Under the pieces are notes generated by a model. It saw nothing but the letters and a program-made list of their open reading frames with translations. It had not been told where the DNA came from and ran no database searches. From positions 1-55,672 of the forward strand of contig CAZJSQ010000003.1 of the NCBI GenBank assembly GCA_964548885.1: 55,672 bases of DNA, given 5' to 3'. The position numbers and the translations under genes were made by a program. Positions within the stretch are counted from its first letter, which is position 1; every line of letters starts with the position of its first letter. Positions 48,024 through 54,531 of this stretch are shown here, one piece after another. The DNA comes from an uncultured Gammaproteobacteria bacterium. GTDB taxonomy: Bacteria > Patescibacteriota > Patescibacteriia > Patescibacteriales > UBA12465.

Positions 48024-49874
48024 ATGACCTCGCATGAACTCCGTCAAAAATATCTGGATTTTTTCAAAAGCCATGATCACGCCGTGATTTCCGGCGCCTC
48101 TTTAATTCCGGAAAACGATCCGACCGTCCTGTTCACGACCGCCGGCATGCATCCTTTGGTCCCGTATTTATTGGGTGAAAAGCATCCGGCCGGGACGCGA
48201 TTGGTTAACGCGCAAAAATGCATCCGCACCGGCGATATTGACGAGGTCGGCGACAAAACTCATCACACTTTCTTTGAAATGATGGGGAATTGGTCCCTCG
48301 GCGATTATTTCAAATCGGAATCCATTAGTTATAGCTGGGAGTTTTTAACTAGCCCGAAGTGGCTTGGTTTAGACAAGAATCGTTTAGCCGTTTCTGTTTT
48401 TGAAGGCGACGCCGACGCGCCGTATGACGGGGAAGCTTATAATTTATGGGCGGAAATATTTAAGCGTGATAATTTGCCCTTGGAACGTATCGCTAAATTA
48501 CCGAAGAAAAATAATTGGTGGGGGCCAGCCGGCGCGACCGGTCCTTGCGGCCCGGATATAGAAATTTTTTATTGGGGCGGCGATGCCAGTCAAGTTCCCG
48601 GAAGTTTTAATGATGATAACGGGGCTTGGATAGAAATTTGGAATAATGTTTTCATGCAATATAATAAGAACGCCGCCGGAAAGTTCGAACCCCTAGCTCA
48701 AAAAAACGTCGATACCGGTCTGGGCCTGGAGAGAGTCTTGGCGGTTATGAATGGTTCAGATGATAATTACCAGACCGACCTGTTTAGTAATATTATCAAG
48801 AAAATAGAGGAATTAAGCGGTCATAAATATGGCGAGAATCCGGAAATTACGCGGGCGATGCGTATTATCGCCGACCATCTTAAAGCCGCGACTTTCATTA
48901 TCGGTGATGACAAGGGCGTTGCCCCTTCTAATACCGACCAGGGTTATGTTGTCCGGCGCCTCGTTCGCCGCGCTATCCGATATGCTAAGTCAATAAACAT
49001 TAATGTAGATCATTTTGTTTTTAAAATAGCAGAAGTAATTATTAATGACTATAAGAACATTTATTCGGAGTTAAAACAGAATCAAGAATTTATTCAAGAT
49101 AGTTTGGTCAAAGAAGAATATAAGTTTGTTCAGACTTTAGAGCGAGGTTTAAAGGAATTAGACAAGATAATCGAGAATAAGAAGCAGCCAGATAGTCGCG
49201 ATTTATTTAATTTATATCAAAGTTATGGCTTCCCGCCCGAACTTTCTTTAGAAGAATTAACTCGTCATTACATCCTTAAAGCGGAGAGTGCCCCATTTCT
49301 TCTTACAGGTTTTGAAGCCGAACTCCAAAAACACCAGTCCCTTTCCCGCACCGCTTCGGCCGGGAAATTTAAAGGCGGTTTGGCCGACGCCGGTGAGGCC
49401 ACGACTAAACTTCACACGGCCGCGCATCTGCTTTTAGCCTCTTTGCGCCGCGTTCTCGGTGATCACGTAACTCAAAAGGGAAGCAATATCACCTCCGAGC
49501 GTCTGCGTTTGGATTTTTCTCATCCCGAAAAAGTAACCCCGGCGCAAATCAAACAAGTCGAAGACTTGGTCAACGGCGCGATTAAAAATGATTTTAAAGT
49601 CGTCTGTGAAGAATTATCCCCGGAAGAAGCCAAAAAACGCGGGGCGATGGGAGTTTTTGACTCTAGATACGGGGAAAAAGTTAAAGTTTATACTGTCTGC
49701 CATCTGGGCGAAGGGAACAAGCTGGCTCCCGAATGCCTAAAATCCGCCTTTTCTCAGGAAATTTGCGGCGGCCCGCATGTCGCCAATACGGAAATATTAG
49801 GTCATTTTTCTATTCAGAAAGAAGAAGCATCAAGCGCCGGAGTTAGAAGAATTAAGGCTGTCTTAACGAAATAA
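48024..49874 (+). CDS. alaS: Alanyl-tRNA synthetase, short form without the C-Ala domain
   Basis: FTTAGM, HHTFFEMMGNWSLGDYFK, WIEIWNNVFMQY and DTGLGLERV mark the catalytic core. The editing-domain zinc motifs HTAAHLL and CGGPHV are present. The protein ends about 30 aa after the editing domain, at 616 aa. Confidence 0.9.
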   Translation: MTSHELRQKYLDFFKSHDHAVISGASLIPENDPTVLFTTAGMHPLVPYLLGEKHPAGTRLVNAQKCIRTGDIDEVGDKTHHTFFEMMGNWSLGDYFKSESISYSWEFLTSPKWLGLDKNRLAVSVFEGDADAPYDGEAYNLWAEIFKRDNLPLERIAKLPKKNNWWGPAGATGPCGPDIEIFYWGGDASQVPGSFNDDNGAWIEIWNNVFMQYNKNAAGKFEPLAQKNVDTGLGLERVLAVMNGSDDNYQTDLFSNIIKKIEELSGHKYGENPEITRAMRIIADHLKAATFIIGDDKGVAPSNTDQGYVVRRLVRRAIRYAKSININVDHFVFKIAEVIINDYKNIYSELKQNQEFIQDSLVKEEYKFVQTLERGLKELDKIIENKKQPDSRDLFNLYQSYGFPPELSLEELTRHYILKAESAPFLLTGFEAELQKHQSLSRTASAGKFKGGLADAGEATTKLHTAAHLLLASLRRVLGDHVTQKGSNITSERLRLDFSHPEKVTPAQIKQVEDLVNGAIKNDFKVVCEELSPEEAKKRGAMGVFDSRYGEKVKVYTVCHLGEGNKLAPECLKSAFSQEICGGPHVANTEILGHFSIQKEEASSAGVRRIKAVLTK

Positions 49875-49894
49875 GGCTTTTTCGGCTCTGTGTC

Positions 49895-49923
49895 TTGACA
49901 ATTCCCAGTCTTATCTCTATAAT
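49895..49923 (+). promoter_or_regulatory. Consensus sigma-70 promoter for the infA-rpmJ-rpsM... operon
   Basis: TTGACA, exactly 17 nt, then TATAAT. It lies about 95 nt upstream of infA. Confidence 0.65.
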
Positions 49924-50016
49924 AATTTTATTAAGATTATTAGAAAAAATAACTTAAATAATTTTTAAAGAATTTTGATAAAACGCCTTTAGCCTTTATC
50001 AAATTTTTTTGTGTTA

Positions 50017-50274
50017 ATGTTAAACGAAAAAGAAAATATCAACGACAGTTCGATCACTCTTAACGCCAAAGACTTCATTGAAATGCAGGGCGAAGTCCTG
50101 GAACTGATGCCGGCGGCCAGTTTCAAGGTCGGTTTGGAAAACGGCCATGAAATCTTGGCGCACCTGTCGGGAAAAATGCGGATGAACAAGATTCGTCTGC
50201 TTCCGGGAGATAAAGTCAAGCTGCAAATCAGCCCCTACGACCTGACCAAGGGTCGGATAACTTATCGCCTGTAA
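50017..50274 (+). CDS. infA: Translation initiation factor IF-1
   Basis: [65 protein letters not shown] matches the IF-1 S1-fold throughout. It has an N-terminal extension of about 13 aa. GTG 50011 is an alternative start. Confidence 0.9.
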   Translation: MLNEKENINDSSITLNAKDFIEMQGEVLELMPAASFKVGLENGHEILAHLSGKMRMNKIRLLPGDKVKLQISPYDLTKGRITYRL

Positions 50275-50318
50275 TCCGGCGGATAAGCCGATATTTTTTA
50301 GTTAGATAAATTTTTTAT

Positions 50319-50432
50319 ATGAAAGTAAGAGCCGGCGCTAAAAAAATTTGTAAAGATTGCAAGGTGGTTCGCCGTAAAGGCCGCATCCATGTTATTTGCA
50401 AGAATCCTAAACATAAACAAAGACAAGGTTAA
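50319..50432 (+). CDS. rpmJ: 50S ribosomal protein L36
   Basis: This ORF is absent from the supplied track because it is shorter than 60 aa. My translation is [37 protein letters not shown]. It has the C..C...C....H zinc-ribbon pattern and the canonical position between infA and rpsM. Confidence 0.9.
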   Translation: MKVRAGAKKICKDCKVVRRKGRIHVICKNPKHKQRQG

Positions 50433-50462
50433 TTTTTTAATACTATCAATAAGCGAGCGAGT

Positions 50463-50486
50463 GAAATGAAAATTGATTTTCATTTC
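50463..50486 (+). promoter_or_regulatory. Perfect 10-bp hairpin in the rpsM leader, flanked by GCGAGCGAG direct repeats
   Basis: GAAATGAAAA-ttga-TTTTCATTTC. The flanks are aGCGAGCGAGt (50452-50462) and cGAGCGAGCGc (50487-50497). Confidence 0.55.
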
Positions 50487-50513
50487 CGAGCGAGCGCAGT
50501 TGACATCGAAGAT

Positions 50514-50909
50514 ATGGCAGTAAGAATCGCGGGAGTTAACATCCCCAATGACAAAAGAATTGAAATCGCTTTAACCTATATCCATGGCATTGGCCGCGCC
50601 CGGTCCAATAAGATTTTGGCGGACGCTAAGGTTAATAAGGACATCAGAGTGAAAGATCTCAAAGAAACTGAAGTTAATATGCTCCGGGAAATCGTCGAAA
50701 AAAAATATACGGTTGAAGGCGATTTGCGGCGCGATGTTCAGAGCAATATCAAGCGTCTAAGAGAAATTGGTTGCTATCGCGGCTTGCGCCACGCCAAGCA
50801 TTTGCCGGTTCGCGGCCAGCGCACTAAGACCAATAGCCGGACGGTTAGAGGCAATAAGCGCGTGACTATGGGTAGCGGCAAGAGCAAGGCCGGTTTGCAG
50901 AAGACCTAA
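50514..50909 (+). CDS. rpsM: 30S ribosomal protein S13
   Basis: ARIAGV-type start ([27 protein letters not shown]) and [17 protein letters not shown] prefer ATG 50514 over the ORF opening at 50466. Confidence 0.93.
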   Translation: MAVRIAGVNIPNDKRIEIALTYIHGIGRARSNKILADAKVNKDIRVKDLKETEVNMLREIVEKKYTVEGDLRRDVQSNIKRLREIGCYRGLRHAKHLPVRGQRTKTNSRTVRGNKRVTMGSGKSKAGLQKT

Positions 50910-50984
50910 GCCGATAACGCGGAGGACCTAATCGGGAGGAACTAATTAAGTAATTTAAACTTTACGAATTAAGAATTAAGAATT

Positions 50985-51548
50985 ATGTCCGAAGAAGTAA
51001 AAAAAGAAGACGCCCCGATAACCGGCGAGATTAATAAAACCGAAACGAGCGGCTCCCCGGAAAAGGAAGGCGCTGATTTTTCTTTTGATTCGGTCGTGGA
51101 AGAATTGCCGGAAGAAATCAAACAGAAGCTGGAAAGCAATAAAGCCGCGCGAGCGAAAAAGAAATTAATCAAGAAGAAAAAGAAGAAAGTCGCCAGAGTC
51201 GTTAAAGTCGGCCGCGCTTATATCCAGGCGACCTATAATAACACTATTATTACGCTGACCGATGCCAGCGGCGACGTGATTTCTTGGGCGAGCGCCGGTT
51301 TGGCCGGTTTCAAGGGCGCCAAAAAAGCGACGCCTTACGCCGCTCAAATCATCACTAAAATCGCTTCCCAGAAAGCCAGAGAAGAATACGGCTTGGAAGA
51401 AGTGAGCGTTTTTGTTTCCGGCGTCGGCACCGGCCGAGAAGCGGCCATTCGCGCCTTAAACGCCAACGGTTTGGACGTCACTTCGATTAAAGATATGACC
51501 TCCGTTCCTCATAACGGTTGCCGTCCGAAAAAACCGAGAAGAGTTTAA
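50985..51548 (+). CDS. rpsK: 30S ribosomal protein S11 with a ~57-aa acidic/lysine-rich N-terminal extension
   Basis: Core [32 protein letters not shown] and [21 protein letters not shown]. The S11 core begins near residue 70. Confidence 0.92.
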   Translation: MSEEVKKEDAPITGEINKTETSGSPEKEGADFSFDSVVEELPEEIKQKLESNKAARAKKKLIKKKKKKVARVVKVGRAYIQATYNNTIITLTDASGDVISWASAGLAGFKGAKKATPYAAQIITKIASQKAREEYGLEEVSVFVSGVGTGREAAIRALNANGLDVTSIKDMTSVPHNGCRPKKPRRV

Positions 51549-51567
51549 TTTTAACTACAAAAAACCT

Positions 51568-51601
51568 AAAGTCATTAACGATATAAAGTCACTAACGATA
51601 T
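51568..51601 (+). repeat. 17-bp tandem repeat (2.3 copies) immediately upstream of rpsD
   Basis: aaagtcattaacgatat, then aaagtcactaacgatat, then a partial aaagct, followed by ATG 51608. Confidence 0.7.
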
Positions 51602-51607
51602 AAAGCT

Positions 51608-52237
51608 ATGGGAAGAAATATTGACAGCACATGCAGCCAGTGTCGTCGTTCCGGCGAGAAACTGTTTTTAAAAGGAGATCGCTGTTTCACTCCGAAATGC
51701 GCGATGATTAAGCGTAATTACGCTCCCGGTTTCCACGGTCCTAAAGGTCGCAAACGTCTAAGCGATTACGGCGCTCAGCTGGCAGAAAAGCAGAAAGCCA
51801 AGAAATTTTATGGCTTGCTGGAAAAGCAATTTCGCTTGACGCTTACCAAAGCCTCCAAGAAAACCGGTGATGCCGGAAAAAATTTTTTGCGCGCTTTGGA
51901 GATGCGCCTGGATAATGTCGTTTATCGTTTGGGCTGGGCCACTTCTCGAGCGGCCGCCCGCCAGTTAGTCAATCATGGTCATTTTACCGTTGACAACCGT
52001 AAAGCCGATATTCCGTCTTTTTCCGTCAAAGTCGGTCAGACTATCAGGGTTAAGAAAAACAGCGCCAACAATGTTTATTTCAAGAGAGCGGGCGAGAATT
52101 TAAAGAGGGCGGAACGTCCGAGCTGGTTGAATTTTGACGTTAAAGATCTTAGCGCCAAAGTGCTTCATGAACCGAAAGACGCCGATTTGCCTCTGAACCT
52201 GAATGTCCAGGTCATTATTGAGTATTACTCAAAATAA
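51608..52237 (+). CDS. rpsD: 30S ribosomal protein S4
   Basis: N-terminal zinc-ribbon-like CSQCRR...CFTPKC, YGAQLAEKQK, and the S4 RNA-binding domain LEMRLDNVVYRLGWATSRAAARQLVNHGH. Confidence 0.93.
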   Translation: MGRNIDSTCSQCRRSGEKLFLKGDRCFTPKCAMIKRNYAPGFHGPKGRKRLSDYGAQLAEKQKAKKFYGLLEKQFRLTLTKASKKTGDAGKNFLRALEMRLDNVVYRLGWATSRAAARQLVNHGHFTVDNRKADIPSFSVKVGQTIRVKKNSANNVYFKRAGENLKRAERPSWLNFDVKDLSAKVLHEPKDADLPLNLNVQVIIEYYSK

Positions 52238-52255
52238 TCTCAACATAAAGCTTTT

Positions 52256-52308
52256 GCCATCCGCCATCCGCCATCCGCCATCCGCCAACTGGCGGAGGCG
52301 GAGGCGAG
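52256..52308 (+). promoter_or_regulatory. GC-rich hairpin built from heptad/hexad repeats between rpsD and rpoA
   Basis: (GCCATCC) x 3.5 followed by aact and (GGCGGA) x 3. CCGCC/GGCGG segments pair in three blocks separated by bulged A residues. There is no U-tract, and TATAAT follows at 52313-52318. Confidence 0.6.
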
Positions 52309-52327
52309 ATCGTATAATAAAAAAAAT

Positions 52328-53155
52328 ATGCAAAACATCGCTTTGCCAAAAAAAATTGAATTCAAAGCCGGTAATGATCTCCATGAAGGAATTATTACGG
52401 TTGAACCATTATTCCCGGGCTACGGCATGACTTTAGGCAACTCGCTTCGCCGCGTTCTCTTATCCTCTCTTCCGGGAGCCGCCGTTATCGGCGCTAAAAT
52501 CAAAGGCGCCAGTCATGAATTCATGGTTTTGCCTCATGTCAAAGAAGATGTTTTAGAAATTTTATTGAATTTAAAGCAGTTGCGCCTCAAGGTTTTTACG
52601 GAGGAAGAGGTGCGTTTGGAATTAAAAATCAAGGGCAAGAAAACGGTTAAGGCCGGTGATATCGTCAAGAACTCGCTGGTAGAAATCAAGAATCCGGAAC
52701 TCGTCATCGCCCATGTTACTAATGAAGCCGGCAGCCTGGACATAGAAATTACCGTCAAGGAAGGCCACGGCTATAAATTAGCCGATAACGCCAAGAAGGA
52801 TAATCGCGAGATCGGCTATATTGAAATTGATTCTATCTTTTCTCCGGTTACTATCGTCAGCATCGATGTGGAAAATACCCGCGTCGGCAAAATGACTGAT
52901 TGGGATAAATTGGTTCTTAACGTTAAAACCGACGGAACCATCAGCGCCGAAAACGCTTTTAAGGAAGCGGTGAAGATTCTCGTCGATCAATATTCTTCAT
53001 TCTTGGCTATCGCCGGTCAGAAAGAAGAAACAGCGGCGCCCGAAGCCGAGGCGATTGAAGAAACTGAAGAAAACGAAAAAAACGGAGAAGAAAAAGAAGG
53101 CCAAGAAGAGAAAGCGGCCAAGAAAGAAAAGAAAATTAAAAAAATTAAGAAATAA
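52328..53155 (+). CDS. rpoA: DNA-directed RNA polymerase alpha subunit: N-terminal domain plus a K/E-rich tail, with no recognisable alpha-CTD
   Basis: By eye, the alpha-NTD aligns with E. coli RpoA from GYGMTLGNSLRRVLLSSLPGAAV through DKLVLNVKTDGTISAENAFKEAVKIL. Residues ~230-275 are AGQKEETAAPEAEAIEETEENEKNGEEKEGQEEKAAKKEKKIKKIKK. Confidence 0.9.
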   Translation: MQNIALPKKIEFKAGNDLHEGIITVEPLFPGYGMTLGNSLRRVLLSSLPGAAVIGAKIKGASHEFMVLPHVKEDVLEILLNLKQLRLKVFTEEEVRLELKIKGKKTVKAGDIVKNSLVEIKNPELVIAHVTNEAGSLDIEITVKEGHGYKLADNAKKDNREIGYIEIDSIFSPVTIVSIDVENTRVGKMTDWDKLVLNVKTDGTISAENAFKEAVKILVDQYSSFLAIAGQKEETAAPEAEAIEETEENEKNGEEKEGQEEKAAKKEKKIKKIKK

Positions 53156-53179
53156 TTCGTAATTCGTAATTGAACCGAT

Positions 53180-53530
53180 ATGCGCCACAGAAATAAAAAT
53201 AAAATCCTTGACCGCCAGAAAGGTCCGCGCGAACTGATGCTTCGTAATCTAGCTTCCAGTATTTTGTTATATGAAAAAGTTAAGACGACCAGAGCGAAAG
53301 CGGCCGCCGTCCGTCCTTTGGTTGAGAAATTAATTACCGCCTCTAAAGCCGGAGATTTGACGGCTCGCCGCGGTTTAATCAAGGTATTACTCCAGAAGAA
53401 TGCCGTTAAGAAAGCGATTGAAGTGCTCGGTGTCCGCTATAAGAATCGTCCGGGGGGCTATACTCGCACCGTTAAATTAGAGGCTCGCCAAGGCGACGGC
53501 GCGGCCATGGTCCAGATTGAATTAGTCTAA
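53180..53530 (+). CDS. rplQ: 50S ribosomal protein L17
   Basis: MRHRNK start, LRNLASSIL..E...TT..KA and GGYTRTVKL..R.GD.A. Confidence 0.93.
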   Translation: MRHRNKNKILDRQKGPRELMLRNLASSILLYEKVKTTRAKAAAVRPLVEKLITASKAGDLTARRGLIKVLLQKNAVKKAIEVLGVRYKNRPGGYTRTVKLEARQGDGAAMVQIELV

Positions 53531-53558
53531 TCCGCCTCCGCCTATTGGCGGAAGGAGG
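53531..53558 (+). promoter_or_regulatory. CCGCC/GGCGG hairpin directly after the rplQ stop, upstream of rplM
   Basis: TCCGCCTCCGCC-tatt-GGCGGAAGGAGG. The 3-prime arm contains AAGGAGG, 13 nt upstream of ATG 53572. Confidence 0.55.
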
Positions 53559-53571
53559 AGTGAATATAAAT

Positions 53572-53928
53572 ATGAAAAATATTGAAAGAAAATTACAGAA
53601 GATCGACGCGACCGGCCAGACCATCGGTCGGATGGCGACCAGGATCGCCAATATCTTACGAGGCAAGACTAAGCCGGAATTCCAGCCGTATTTAGATTTG
53701 GGCGATATCGTTGAAGTTTCCAATATCGCGAAAGTAAAATTTACCGGCAAAAAGCTCGGGCAGAAAGAGTATCATCATTATTCCGGCTATTTAGGCGGTT
53801 TGAAAACTAAGAAGATGGGCGAAGTTTATCTGAAGGATCCGGGCGAAGTTTTAATTAAGGCCGTGCGCGAGATGCTTCCGCCGACGAAGTTGCGCGTCGG
53901 TATGCTCAAAAGATTAATTATCAAATAA
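53572..53928 (+). CDS. rplM: 50S ribosomal protein L13 (short, 118 aa)
   Basis: IDATGQTIGRMATRIANILRGKTKPEFQPYLDLGD and YHHYSGYLGGLK. I prefer ATG 53572 over the ORF opening at 53545. The usual C-terminal ~20 aa appear to be absent. Confidence 0.9.
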   Translation: MKNIERKLQKIDATGQTIGRMATRIANILRGKTKPEFQPYLDLGDIVEVSNIAKVKFTGKKLGQKEYHHYSGYLGGLKTKKMGEVYLKDPGEVLIKAVREMLPPTKLRVGMLKRLIIK

Positions 53929-53929
53929 T

Positions 53930-54451
53930 ATGGCAGAGAGAAAAGTAAAACCCGCTAAAGTCAAAGAGACTCCGGTTGAGGAAATTTTAATCGCCGAAGT
54001 TCCGGCGGAAGAAGAAAAAGACTGGGCGAATCTGCCGGCTGGCGGAGAAGTCGCCGAATTCAAAGGAAAATACATCAAGGCGGTCGGCCGCCGCAAGACC
54101 GCGGTCGCCAAGGTTCGTTTATATGAAGACGGTAAAGGCATAATCATGGTTAACGGTTTGCGCGCCAGCCAGTATTTCCCGGGCGAAGGCGCCAACCTGA
54201 TTTCTCAACCGCTCCGAGTGACCGGCCACGGCCGCGATTATAATTTTTCCATAATCGTCCAAAGCGGCGGCAAGCAAGGCCAGATTGGCGCTGTCCGCCT
54301 GGGCATTGCGCGCGCTGTTTTAGCGATTGATCCGGCGGCTAAAGAAGCTCTGAAAGCCAATGATTTTTTGACTCGCGATCCCAGACAGGTGGAAAGAAAG
54401 AAACCGGGTCTGCGCAAAGCCAGAAAAGCCCCGCAATGGAGCAAGCGTTAA
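53930..54451 (+). CDS. rpsI: 30S ribosomal protein S9 with a ~44-aa N-terminal extension
   Basis: The core starts at AVGRRKTAVAKVRL and ends in the canonical RKKPGLRKARKAPQWSKR. Confidence 0.93.
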   Translation: MAERKVKPAKVKETPVEEILIAEVPAEEEKDWANLPAGGEVAEFKGKYIKAVGRRKTAVAKVRLYEDGKGIIMVNGLRASQYFPGEGANLISQPLRVTGHGRDYNFSIIVQSGGKQGQIGAVRLGIARAVLAIDPAAKEALKANDFLTRDPRQVERKKPGLRKARKAPQWSKR

Positions 54452-54477
54452 TCAGTCACAATTTATTTCTCTATATC

Positions 54478-54505
54478 AAAACGTCCGTTTACCCGGGCGT
54501 TTTTT
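54478..54505 (+). terminator. Intrinsic terminator after rpsI
   Basis: AAAA-CGTCCG-tttacc-CGGGCG-TTTTTT. The stem is 6 bp including one G-U pair, extended by A/T pairs. Confidence 0.6.
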
Positions 54506-54531
54506 GTTATAATCGGATATTTTGTTATAAT
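54502..54531 (+). promoter_or_regulatory. Duplicated extended -10 element TTTTGTTATAAT (two copies, 18-bp period) upstream of and overlapping the prfB start
   Basis: TGtTATAAT occurs at 54505-54513 and again at 54523-54531. The second copy overlaps ATG 54530 and ends 7 nt before ATG 54539. Confidence 0.4.

Noticed and set aside
52313-52318. TATAAT 10 nt upstream of the rpoA ATG as an internal promoter.
   Set aside because: There is no -35 or TG extension, because the upstream DNA is the GC hairpin. The hexamer is expected by chance in AT-rich spacers. I kept it only as a remark in the hairpin finding.
53017-53382. 121-aa minus-strand ORF across the rpoA tail and the start of rplQ.
   Set aside because: It is generated by the reverse complement of the K/E-rich rpoA tail, which yields Phe/Ser/Leu runs. 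It overlaps the conserved rplQ.
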